This document shows positions 35,706 to 45,900 of a DNA stretch of 64,000 bases, in pieces (positions within the stretch are counted from its first letter, which is position 1; each line of letters begins with the position of its first letter). The translations under genes and the position numbers were made by a program. A model generated the notes under the pieces. That model ran no database searches, was not told the DNA's origin, and saw nothing but the letters and a program-made list of their open reading frames with translations. The DNA comes from an uncultured bacterium (GTDB lineage Bacteria > Margulisbacteria > WOR-1 > CAZGTC01): NCBI GenBank assembly GCA_964528395.1, contig CAZGTC010000005.1, positions 80,840 through 144,839 of the forward strand, written 5' to 3'.

Positions 35706-38474
35706 ATGATGACAATAGCGCCCAAAATACAAATAGCTAAGAATAGGATTTCTGAAAGATGGCATTCTTGTAGCCCATTTTTTAATAGGAATTACAAAAT
35801 TAGGAGGATAAAGAGAACTACAGCAGGGACATTGAAAATAATTGATACTTTAAGCGTTTCTCTTTGTCCTAATGGTGTTTTTCTGGAAAGATTAAGGAAC
35901 CGAATATTAAAATCTTACCAAAGTGTTGATTTAAATAGGTTGCCTTCCTCAAAAGAACTAGATTCCTATATTAATTATTTATCTCGTTCTCCGGATATTA
36001 TTTTTTTAGATATTGATGGAACGCTGGCGTTAAATGAAAACACAGGATTATTAATAGCGGCTTTGTTAAAAAGTAATATTAGGCTTTGTATCATTTCTCA
36101 TCGTGATAAAGAATATATTGTTCAAAATATTTTTTCTTCCTCTTCCTCTTTGAACATTGATCAAAATACTTTGTCGAAATATAAAGAAAACATTTGGATT
36201 TATCCGCGCGGAGGAATGGAAAAGTATCGGTATGATAAATCTGGGGGATTAGAAAGAGTAGAAGAATATCCAGTATGTACAATGACTGACCTGGAGGCCA
36301 AAGCAATTGAAGAAGATTTTGTGAGCGGTGGCATCTTGGGAGAAAGAAAAATCGCCTCCTATTTTTTGAAACTAGAGAATAAGGATCCTCAGAAAGCAAG
36401 AGCCCTGGCAACGACAGCTAAAGAACAATATGGAGAAAAATATAAGGTGTATGTGTTTGATGATAAAACAATCTCTATTTCTAAAACATCAAAGAATCTA
36501 GCAGTAGAAGAGGCCTTTGATTCTTCCAAAACGCTAACTGGCATATATATCGGTGATTGTTTTGATGAGTTTGGGAATGATCGCCCGGTTTTAGAAGCTC
36601 AATATGGGGAGAACAAACTTGTAGCCATCAATGTTGGAGTAAAAATTAATCCTGTCGAAAAAAACAAATTTATACAAACTGATATAAGTTCAACGGAATG
36701 GTTAACTGTTGTATTGCTTCATCGAATTGGAGAAGCTTTGGGATGCCACAACAACATTCGTCTAGCTGCACGGTTTCTCAATGAACAAACAAGCTTATTA
36801 GGACGGTTTACAGGTTTAGCCTATAAAGATTCATATAGTCCGGGAAAAGAACAACGCGAATTTGATGGGACTCAAGCAGGAATTATAGACAGTATTTTTA
36901 ATATTGATCCAAGGCCCGGTTATATAAATTTTAATAGGCGATATTTGTTTCCAGAAGAAGAAGCAATTCATATGCTGCCAATTATAAAAAAGATGAAAGA
37001 AAATGGAAGTTTGCCGGTCCTGTTAGCAACTGGAGCCCTTAGATTTAGTTATCCATTATCTGTCTGGATGGAAAAACTTGGAATTAATAAAAAATATCGA
37101 AGAATAAAAATTCCTAGAACTCACGAGGGCCAAGCAAGAGATATAGGGAATTTAGTAACCTGTTTTTTAAGTGAAGAAGAAAAAAAGGCACATTTAAGTG
37201 AGACAGGCATGAAAAAACTCTTAGAGCATCCTAAGTTAAGAGGTAAGGATATTTCAAAACTTAATCGCGAAGATTTAATAGCTTTTTTCCTGCCGCTTCT
37301 TTTAGGCGACGAACTGCTAGCTTATTATGAACTTTTATCAAAAGCAGAATATATTAGTCAGTGTATAAGTAGAGATGGTTCTTGGGAATTAAATATTAAC
37401 TTTCTTTCTTCAAAGAATCGTTTTGCGAATGGTTGCCTGGAGCAAATAGCATCAAAGCTGAAGGATGAGTATGGCGAAAAACCTATTAAAGATAAATTAG
37501 GACTAAAAAATATATTTGAAGAAAGTCAGCCCCTATTAAAAGGGTATAAAGGAATAATAGATGGCCTAGATTTTCCAATCATTGAATTATTACTCGATGG
37601 AACCAAGATTTCAAGGCAATTTTTAGAAAATAATATAATTGGGATTGATGATACCTGTTCAAGGGGAGAATCTTTTTTGAGTTTTCTGCTTCTTATGAGA
37701 ATGCTTGGCAAAAAAATAACCTTTGCTGTAATAGAAGATGGATATTCTATTCGAAGAGGAGAAAACTCTTCTGGTATTGATACTGTTACTGGAGAGTACG
37801 GTTTGCAAATAAGGCCTAAGCAACTGCGAATAAGAGTATTGGAAGATATGCCGGGATATTTTGATGAATTAAGAAAAAGAGATGAATGGATATCTTATAC
37901 TTCTTATGTGCAAAGTGATATTGGTAATATTAGCAGACAGCGAGCTTATAGGGTGAAAATGAATTTGAGTAAAAAAGTAAAGAAATTTGTTTGTCAGCAT
38001 AATATAGAAATTCCCGAAGTGCTTAGATTAGCGGGTTTTTCTATTCGAGAATTATTCAGTGCGTATTTAAGGCAACCTGTTACAGATAAGCCTATAGAAG
38101 ATGAAAAGCAGATTACTTTTGTCGAATTATTTTGCCGCCGTTATTCCTGGAAACATCAATGGCCAATTAGGCACGAAATTGATAATGGCGTAAAAAAGCT
38201 TTTCTCAAGTCTTAGGGAAAGAGAAAAATTAGATGAATATAAATCGACTTTTGCTGACTTTAGAAAATGTGATTACGAATTAAAAGATTTTGAAGAGAAA
38301 AGGCTTGTAATGCAATGGCTGAAAGACAGAGAAAAAATTAAAAGCGAACAAGAAATATTTATTGATGATCTTTTATGCAGAGAAGGGACTTTAATTAGTC
38401 AGTATTTTGACGATAAAATAAGTTTCGAAGAACTTTTAGAAAATTTGCTTTCTTGTATTGATATCAAGAATTAA
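35706..38474 (+). CDS. Large hypothetical protein (922 aa) with an N-terminal HAD-like DxDGT motif (IIFLDIDGTLAL)
   Basis: ORF track. Only motif I of the HAD family is visible, so the assignment is tentative. Confidence 0.5.
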   Translation: MMTIAPKIQIAKNRISERWHSCSPFFNRNYKIRRIKRTTAGTLKIIDTLSVSLCPNGVFLERLRNRILKSYQSVDLNRLPSSKELDSYINYLSRSPDIIFLDIDGTLALNENTGLLIAALLKSNIRLCIISHRDKEYIVQNIFSSSSSLNIDQNTLSKYKENIWIYPRGGMEKYRYDKSGGLERVEEYPVCTMTDLEAKAIEEDFVSGGILGERKIASYFLKLENKDPQKARALATTAKEQYGEKYKVYVFDDKTISISKTSKNLAVEEAFDSSKTLTGIYIGDCFDEFGNDRPVLEAQYGENKLVAINVGVKINPVEKNKFIQTDISSTEWLTVVLLHRIGEALGCHNNIRLAARFLNEQTSLLGRFTGLAYKDSYSPGKEQREFDGTQAGIIDSIFNIDPRPGYINFNRRYLFPEEEAIHMLPIIKKMKENGSLPVLLATGALRFSYPLSVWMEKLGINKKYRRIKIPRTHEGQARDIGNLVTCFLSEEEKKAHLSETGMKKLLEHPKLRGKDISKLNREDLIAFFLPLLLGDELLAYYELLSKAEYISQCISRDGSWELNINFLSSKNRFANGCLEQIASKLKDEYGEKPIKDKLGLKNIFEESQPLLKGYKGIIDGLDFPIIELLLDGTKISRQFLENNIIGIDDTCSRGESFLSFLLLMRMLGKKITFAVIEDGYSIRRGENSSGIDTVTGEYGLQIRPKQLRIRVLEDMPGYFDELRKRDEWISYTSYVQSDIGNISRQRAYRVKMNLSKKVKKFVCQHNIEIPEVLRLAGFSIRELFSAYLRQPVTDKPIEDEKQITFVELFCRRYSWKHQWPIRHEIDNGVKKLFSSLREREKLDEYKSTFADFRKCDYELKDFEEKRLVMQWLKDREKIKSEQEIFIDDLLCREGTLISQYFDDKISFEELLENLLSCIDIKN

Positions 38475-38655
38475 ATCAAGCTGTATTTCCTTTGAGGGGA
38501 TTCTAAGAGCGCAAGAATATTTAAAAAGCTTAGAACAAGTGCCAAGGGCGTAAAAAAATAAACCTTTTTTGAGCATTTTGTGAAAGCCTCTTATAATACT
38601 GACAAATATCACATATTGGCGTAAAATTTGAACTACGCAACATAAAAACACGAAC

Positions 38656-38912
38656 TGGAATAAAGTAGCAGGCTGGTATGACGGCTTGGTCGGAGAAAAA
38701 GGCTCGGATTTTCACCAAATATTGTAACGTGGAGTTTCCATCGGCCACCGCAAGAATATTTTAAAGCCTTAGCTGCTGCTGGATTTTGTGTAAAAAATTT
38801 AGAGGAATTAAGCTCTCGTCGTTATAGCCTAGCTGGTAAAACCCAAAAAATGGAAGATCGCGCTCGCTCCGAAATCCCTCTTTTTCTATTGATTAGTGCA
38901 GTAAGAATTTGA
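38656..38912 (+). pseudogene. Remnant of a class I SAM-dependent methyltransferase gene: N-terminal stub (N)WYDGLVGEKGSDFHQIL*, then a frameshifted C-terminal stub ...EYFKALAAAGFCVKNLEEL...
   Basis: My translation shows a conserved methyltransferase N-terminal motif followed by a stop. The catalytic core is missing and a C-terminal fragment appears in a different frame. Confidence 0.4.
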
Positions 38913-38974
38913 CAAGAAAACTAATATGGTATATTATTTCCGCAGATACTCAAAAATGAGTATTTGGAGAAATA

Positions 38975-39589
38975 ATGAATTTTAAGGAATTTCGAGAAAA
39001 AACCAAACAAGTCCCTTTTTTACAGAGCGATTTAGCTAAATTATTTTCTGTGGAACCCCAGGCTATGCGTAACCAGCTCCAGCGCTGGAAAAACAAGGGG
39101 CTAATCATTTCTCTGAAGAGGGGGGTTTATCTTTTAAACCAAGAGGAAAGAACAAATTCTATTTCAAGGCAGGTAATTGCGGCTAATCTCTATACTCCTT
39201 CATATATTAGCCTAGAAACAGCGCTAAGCTATTATAAATTGATTCCCGAAAAAATTGTGAGTCTAACTTCGGTCACTACCCGTAAAACAAAAACTTTCCA
39301 AAATAAAGAGGGGTTATTTATCTACCGGCATTTAATGAAAGAAGCCTATTTTGGTTTCCAGCTTATGCGTGATGAATATGGGTTTCCATATTTTATGGCA
39401 GAACCAGAAAAAGCGCTTCTTGATTTTCTATATCTTAATCTGGGAAGTATTCAATCGGACAATAATGATTATTATGCTTTATCTCTAAGGTTGCAAAATC
39501 GGTCTCTTTTAAATAAGAAAAAATTAACCTTGTATGCCAAGCGTTATGCCGTAAAAAAACTATTAAAAATTGTGGAGAAGCTAAAATGA
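38975..39589 (+). CDS. AbiEi-like antitoxin/transcriptional regulator (type IV TA)
   Basis: AbiEi-like N-terminal winged helix. Overlaps the toxin gene by 4 bp. Confidence 0.6.
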   Translation: MNFKEFREKTKQVPFLQSDLAKLFSVEPQAMRNQLQRWKNKGLIISLKRGVYLLNQEERTNSISRQVIAANLYTPSYISLETALSYYKLIPEKIVSLTSVTTRKTKTFQNKEGLFIYRHLMKEAYFGFQLMRDEYGFPYFMAEPEKALLDFLYLNLGSIQSDNNDYYALSLRLQNRSLLNKKKLTLYAKRYAVKKLLKIVEKLK

Positions 39590-40392
39590 AAGAAGTTCTC
39601 TTTAATAAAATCAAGAAACTGACCACTCATGAAGAAAAATATAATATTACTCGTGAGTTTTTGCAAGAGTTAATTTTGCAGATTATTGATAAAAAAGGCT
39701 ATTTTGCCAATCTGGCTTTTGTTGGTGGCACGGCGTTAAGAATTTTGTATGATCTGCCTAGGTTTTCAGAAGATCTTGATTTTTCACTTGTGAATAAAAA
39801 GGATTTCAATTTTGGGCAATTATTGGAAGATTTAAGAACCGAACTTCAACTAAATAACCTTGAGATAGAAATCATTCGAAAAGATAAAAAACGTACGGTT
39901 TTAAATGAATTTATTCGATTTAAATCTTTATTGTTTGATTTGGGATTATCTCAACATAAAAATGAGAAACTCTTAATTAAATTAGAAATTGATTCTAATC
40001 CGCCGAGAGAATATCAAACGGAGATTGTTTTGGTTAATAAAGATTTTCTTTTTAAGGTACAAGCTTATGATCTTCCTTCTTTATTTGCAGGGAAATTACA
40101 CGCTTTTCTTTTTCGCAAATACGCGAAGGGCCGGGATTATTATGATCTTTTATGGTTTCTGGCAAAAAAAGCCCCGATTAATTATAAATTTTTATTATCT
40201 GGAGCCCAGCAAACCCAAGGAAAAGATTTTTATATAGATAAAAAAAACTTAAAAAACTTTTTAGAAAAAAAAATTCAGCATACTAATTTTACTCACATTG
40301 CTAATGATACTGCTATTTTTTTAAGTAAAAAAGAAGAACAAGCTTATTTTAAGAAAGAATATTTTCTGGCTGCTATTGATAAGGGTATTTAG
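39586..40392 (+). CDS. AbiEii/DUF1814 nucleotidyltransferase toxin
   Basis: LAFVGGTALRILYDLPRFSEDLDFS motif. Confidence 0.75.
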   Translation: MKEVLFNKIKKLTTHEEKYNITREFLQELILQIIDKKGYFANLAFVGGTALRILYDLPRFSEDLDFSLVNKKDFNFGQLLEDLRTELQLNNLEIEIIRKDKKRTVLNEFIRFKSLLFDLGLSQHKNEKLLIKLEIDSNPPREYQTEIVLVNKDFLFKVQAYDLPSLFAGKLHAFLFRKYAKGRDYYDLLWFLAKKAPINYKFLLSGAQQTQGKDFYIDKKNLKNFLEKKIQHTNFTHIANDTAIFLSKKEEQAYFKKEYFLAAIDKGI

Positions 40393-40400
40393 GGATTTAT

Positions 40401-41432
40401 ATGCCAAAAGATATTCGAATATCAAACTTTGATTATGATTTGCCGGAGCAATTTATTGCCCAAGAGCCCAAAGAGCAAAGGGAGCAGTCTCGGCTTTTGG
40501 TTCTTGACCGCAAAACCGGGCAGATAGAACATCACAAGTTTTTTGAAATTGCGGATTTTCTCAATCCGAATGACCTATTAATTTTGAACGATACCCGCGT
40601 GATCCCAGCCCGCTTGTTTGGCCATAAAAAAAGCGAAGGCCAGGCGCAAATTGAAGTCTTGCTTTTAAAAGACTTAGGAAATAATACTTGGCAAGTATTG
40701 GTTAAGCCGGGAAAAAGGTTGAAACCTGATTCTGAAGTTATTTTTGGTTCAGGCAAGCTGATCGGCAAGGTTTTAAAAGTTTTCCCCTCTGGCGAGCAGG
40801 TTATGCAGTTTAATGCCCAAGGGGAATTTAGCCGGATTTTGTCTGAAATTGGACAAGTCCCGCTTCCGCCTTATATCAAAGAAGAAGCAACCACGGCTTT
40901 AACCAATAGATATCAAACAGTTTATGCGAATAAAGACGGGGCCGTGGCTGCCCCAACTGCGGGCTTACATTTTACCCAAGATCTTTTGGATAAATTAAAG
41001 GCCAAAGGCGTAAGCATAGAAAAAATTACCCTGCATACTGGCTTGGGCACTTTTCAGCCGGTCAAGGCAGAAACTGTTGAGGAACATGAGATCCATGAAG
41101 AATATTGCGAGGTCAATAAAAAAGCAATTGAAAAAATTAATCTAGCCCATAAGAATAATGGACGGGTAGTTGCAGTTGGGACAACGACAGTTCGGGCGCT
41201 AGAAACTTGCGAAGGGAAACCTTTCCAGGGAGAAACAGATGTTTTTATTTATCCGGGTTTTCAATTTAGGATAGTGGATGCCATGATTACCAATTTTCAT
41301 GTACCGCGCTCAACCCTATTGCTGCTTGTTTCTGCTTTTGCTTCGCGCGAAATGATTATGCATGCCTATGAAGAAGCGAAAAAATCCCATTACCGTTTCT
41401 TTTCTTTTGGGGATGCCATGTTTATCAAATAA
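40401..41432 (+). CDS. queA: S-adenosylmethionine:tRNA ribosyltransferase-isomerase
   Basis: The FDYDLPEQFIAQEP N-terminus and the rest of the sequence are typical of QueA. Confidence 0.9.
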   Translation: MPKDIRISNFDYDLPEQFIAQEPKEQREQSRLLVLDRKTGQIEHHKFFEIADFLNPNDLLILNDTRVIPARLFGHKKSEGQAQIEVLLLKDLGNNTWQVLVKPGKRLKPDSEVIFGSGKLIGKVLKVFPSGEQVMQFNAQGEFSRILSEIGQVPLPPYIKEEATTALTNRYQTVYANKDGAVAAPTAGLHFTQDLLDKLKAKGVSIEKITLHTGLGTFQPVKAETVEEHEIHEEYCEVNKKAIEKINLAHKNNGRVVAVGTTTVRALETCEGKPFQGETDVFIYPGFQFRIVDAMITNFHVPRSTLLLLVSAFASREMIMHAYEEAKKSHYRFFSFGDAMFIK

Positions 41433-41467
41433 AAAGGGGCAGCGGCCATCTGCAATAGCGCTACCCC
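41426..41467 (-). terminator. Intrinsic-terminator-like hairpin (ggggcagcg...cgctacccc stem) followed by a U-run on the minus strand
   Basis: Read from the sequence. Lies downstream of the convergent minus-strand outer-membrane protein gene. Confidence 0.45.
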
Positions 41468-41611
41468 CCATAAAAAATAAATCCCAATGACAAAATCCAA
41501 AAATAATCAGGTTGGGACAACCTGCTTTACGTTTATTTATCTGTTGCGTTATTGATCTGCTAAGTTGTTGATCTGTTACGTAGTTGAGGTTGTCTCAACC
41601 TCAACAGGCTG

Positions 41612-42730
41612 TTACTTTTTCTCTCCGAGTTTGATTAGTTGTTTGAGGCCTTCGTCAAGATTGGACTGGTTGTCTTTTATTGGTTCAGTTAATTTGCTTT
41701 CCGGCAATGAATAGAATTTTGAAAGGGATTCTTTTTCTTGTTTTTGCTTTTGGGCAAAGGTATCGGTTTTTGGCAAGCTATAGGAAAGGGAGAAAAAGTG
41801 GGCAGAGTTGCCTTCAATCTGGCTGTCTTGGCGGAAAGCATAGTCAAATGAGAACCCTTTATAATTCAAGCCAACCCCAGCGCTGATATGGCTAAGCGTG
41901 CCTTCTACAGAAGGGTCTTGGTCTAGCCCCAAGCGCAGGGAGATAAAATCAACTGGCGCATATTCTGTTCCAATGTGCACGGTCAAAGGCCGGTCCTGGG
42001 TAATGTTTAAATTTGTTTCAAGGGACAAAAGCAGCTTGTTTTCCCAGATTTTTTTGCTCATTCCAGCATTAAAGCTGGTAGGCAGGTTTTCTTTTGTGCC
42101 AGATTCCCATAAAAGGCCGTTTTTCCCGTTGATGGCATTTTTTACGGTTAATCCAAAGGCTGCATCATCTTCTTTAACAAGCAAAAGCCCGATGTCTAAG
42201 CTGGTTCCGCTGGCTTGGGCTTTGGACAAATTACTTCCTCCGGAAAAGCCTTTTTGAAAAGCCTTAGCAGTAATTCCAATGCAAAAACTGCCGATTTCAG
42301 AAGGGGCATAAAGGATCTCGTTTAAATTCAACCCATAAGATAATAGAATGGTAGTATCTTGATAACTGATAGCTTGCGCAGAATTTAGGGACGCTTTATC
42401 CGTTGTATAGTATCCAGCTGGAGTGGCTGCAGAAATAAAGCCAATTCCTAGGGTTCCGGTATTGACTGGAATGGATCCGCTAGCTAGCTGATAATTTACA
42501 CGGTCCAAAAGCCGGGTAGACATGCTGCTAATGGACCAGGTTTTGGTATAACCTAATCCTGCGGGGTTGGAGAAAACAGCGTTAGAATTATCTGCGATGG
42601 CGATATAGCTGCGTCCCAAACCGATGGCCCGGGCACCGATCCCAATAGAAGAAGTATCAACGTTAGTTTTGGCCCAACATAAAGTACTGGATAAAACGGC
42701 AATTAATACGAAAATTAAAATTTTTCTCAT
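41612..42730 (-). CDS. Outer-membrane beta-barrel protein with signal peptide, possibly a PorV/UPF0164-like shuttle
   Basis: Signal peptide MRKILIFVLIAVLSSTLCWA followed by GIGARAIGLGRSYIAIADNSNAVFSNPAGL and beta-strand periodicity. Confidence 0.6.
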   Translation of the reverse strand: MRKILIFVLIAVLSSTLCWAKTNVDTSSIGIGARAIGLGRSYIAIADNSNAVFSNPAGLGYTKTWSISSMSTRLLDRVNYQLASGSIPVNTGTLGIGFISAATPAGYYTTDKASLNSAQAISYQDTTILLSYGLNLNEILYAPSEIGSFCIGITAKAFQKGFSGGSNLSKAQASGTSLDIGLLLVKEDDAAFGLTVKNAINGKNGLLWESGTKENLPTSFNAGMSKKIWENKLLLSLETNLNITQDRPLTVHIGTEYAPVDFISLRLGLDQDPSVEGTLSHISAGVGLNYKGFSFDYAFRQDSQIEGNSAHFFSLSYSLPKTDTFAQKQKQEKESLSKFYSLPESKLTEPIKDNQSNLDEGLKQLIKLGEKK

Positions 42731-42885
42731 TGCTCTTTTTGTCCTTTAGATTAAAGCAAAAATGGGCCTAGCCATCTTGCTAAAGCCCATTCTCACTTTA
42801 AACTATTTATTTAATTTTTGCAGATGGCTTGTCCGCCTGCGGCGGGCTTGGCGACCTCTAAGGGGCGCTCTGTACCTATATTATC

Positions 42886-42900
42886 GGGGGAGGGGGGGGG
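42886..42900. repeat. Homopolymer tract G5-A-G9
   Basis: Read directly. Lies between the giant surface protein gene and the outer-membrane protein gene. Confidence 0.8.
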
Positions 42901-42920
42901 TAACTTGCATGCTTTTTTGA

Positions 42921-45900
42921 CTATTCAAAGACCGCGATTTCACCTCTAGCCAGGACCTTTCCGCCACTGGTAATAGCCAAAAGATAGACCCCGTTGCCAA
43001 CGATTTCATTAGAAAAGTCCTTGCCGTTCCATGCAACGGAGTTTTCTCCGGGGTGGGCGCCTTCTTGGCCTGGGAGCAGGGCTTTTCGCCAAACTTGCTC
43101 CCCAGCTATGTTATATAGATATAGGGTGATTTCAGCATCCTGGGACAGGGTATAGACAATATTGGTAGATTCGCCGCTGGACGGCTTAAAGGGGTTGGGA
43201 TAGTTCCTTGGGCTGCCGATAATGCTTAATCCAGCCATGACCGTAAGATCATTGATTTCCCTTTCGGTTTTGTAATTTTCCGTATCATAAGCTTCAATAA
43301 AAAGCGTGTTTTTGCCTTCGGAGAGCTTTTCGGTTGGAGCATAAGCAGCGATGATATTAATATCAGAAGCGCTAGATGCAGACTGTATGGATAATCCCTG
43401 TGAAACCGCTTTGCCGTTTAAGGTTAATTTTATCGAATCTTTTTTCACCCCATTGGGGTCTTGCAGTTCTATGGTGAATTTGGGGTTGGCATTGATTATA
43501 TCCCCATTATTTACTTCCCGGTTGTCTATTTTTACGGTTATGATCGGGCCTTTTATATTAACAATAAACGTAAACGGAGCTGCTTCTCTTTTATTCCCGA
43601 GCTTGTCAAAAGCTGCCACGATCCAGGTATAGGTGCCGTCTTTTAAGTCTTTAGCTGGAATAGTATAAGTATTGGTTTTTGTATCCGTTTCTCCGATTTT
43701 TGTTCCATTGAGCATAATTTCGTACTTGTCCATTCCAGAGCCATTAGGATCATCTTTCGTGAGTTCCCATTTTAAGGTTATGGGTTCTTCTTTATTAATG
43801 CGCTTTTGGTTGGATGGTTCTAGAAGGTTGAAAGAATCAGGCGGGGTGTGGTCAGCCTGATAAACCTCGATATTAGCCGAGGCTTTTAGCTGCTTGTATT
43901 GTGCGGAAACAGTATAGGTGCCTTTTTGGTTCGCAGAAAATATCCCTTGATTGCCCGAACCTTGGATATTGGCAGGGGCAGGGGATGCGGTCCAGGAGGG
44001 GTTAATAATAACCGTATTATTGGCAGCATCTTTTCCAATGACCGTAAAGGTAAAAGACTGGTCGGTCGCGGTTTTTGCGCCTTGAGCCGGGTCGATTTCG
44101 ATCTTAACCGGTTCTTCGGTAATATTGATTTCGATCTCATCGGTTTTGCCATTGTCAGAAGCAGCTTTGATTTTTACTTTTCCTAATGTATTGGAAGCGG
44201 TGAATTCGCCGGTATCTTTATTTATATCTCCTTCTCCCTCGGTTTTTTCCCAAGAAAAACTGGAATAGCCGATAATTTCTTGATTTTTGTTGTCATAGGC
44301 TTTGGCAGAGAAAGTAAATTTAGCGCCTCTTACAATAGAAATGCCTTTATCCTTGATCTGGATTGATTCTGGCTGGGGCATGGCGTAAGTAAAAGTTTTT
44401 ATCGCTGAAGATAAGCCCGCATTATCCAAAGCTTTTACATTCAAATAATAAGTTTTTCCGCTCACAAGGTTCTTGGCCTGGTATTTAATGTCGGTTATAG
44501 TATCCGTTGGTTCTTTTTTTGAATCTTCAGAAATGCTAACTAAATATCCTTGGATGCCAGACAAATTATCTGCCGGGGCAGTCCATTCAAAATAAGGGTT
44601 TTCATAGCCATACGATTTATTTTCTTCAATAATATCTTTTTTTGAACTGTCTGCATAAGCCTTGATAGTATCAATGGCATTGGGAGGGGTGGTGTCAATC
44701 GTAACTGTTTTTTCAATAGTAGTAGTTAGGTTTTTTTTGTCCAGTACTTTGAGGGTGAATTTATATTTTCCTTCCTTGAGAGGAGTAATAATATTCTCGA
44801 ATGATTTAGAGCTAGTTGATCCGCTGCCTTCATCAAGGGGTTTAGGATTTCCTTCCAGATAAAGCCCAAAAAACTGACTTAAGTTGGAGTTTAAGGCCAG
44901 TTCAAAATCAATCGCATATTTAGGGGATTTGGGATATTCGGTTAAGGAGAATTTTTGAATAAGAGTGTTTGGATCAACATCTATGAGTTTAGATACAAAT
45001 GTTCCAATATTTCCGCATTTATCAATTGCTAATAATTTTAAAAGGAAATAGCCTTCATAAGGCAAGGTAATTTTTTCCGCATACTCATTTTTGTTTTTAT
45101 CAAAAGCAATGGTTGACAATGTGCGGTCTGGTAATTCATAGAAAGCATCCGGTTCCCCTTCACGCTTGAATTGGATAACATATTTTTCTATACCTGAAAG
45201 AGTGTCAGTTCCTGGCGCCCATTTTATGGTAAATTCTTTTGAGCCAATAATAAAGCGATTGTTTTCTTCCAGCGCCCCTTCAATCTTCAAATTGCTTTTG
45301 TTAATGCTAATGTCCGGCGGCGTGCGGTCTATAATTAAGGTGTAATAAGATATATTTTTATATTGCAAGAGGGTGTAATTTCCAGCTTTATCATATATAT
45401 CTAAGCGAAAATCAATTTTTTCTTCCGGCATCTTTTCAAAAGTAAAACTTTTTTCCCCGGCTTTAACTGTCTGGAAAGTGACAGGAAAAGGTAAGCCTCC
45501 AAAAATAGTAGATTTTATAATTTGTGTTTCGCCCAAGCCAGAAGGGGAAATCCCTTTATCTTCGGCATTCCAGGAAATGGTTCCTTTATCTTTGATGTAC
45601 AGAGTTCTTGGAAAATTGGCGGAAGCAGTCGGCGGGGTGGTGTCGACTTCGATGCTGGCAATCTCAATATTAGACCATTCTTCAGTTTCATTTGCTACTG
45701 CAACTCCCACAATTTTTTTGCCTTCAATCCCATTGTAGGTACTTAATTTCCATTTTTGTGGAGAACTAAAGGCAGAAAAATGAGTTACGTTTGTATGTGC
45801 GCTTGGATTAAATCCCGCAGCTAGTGCTGGGTCAGCTATATAATTCATAATGTCCATTTTTTTTATAGGAGAGAGAGCTGTTGGTGTTATTGTAAGAGAC

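Noticed and set aside
38800-38900. tRNA-like sequence (tagcctagctggtaaaac ... tccgaaatccc)
   Set aside because: I cannot build a cloverleaf: there is no complementary acceptor stem and the T-arm is imperfect. A better explanation is the C-terminal fragment of the degraded methyltransferase gene in that frame.
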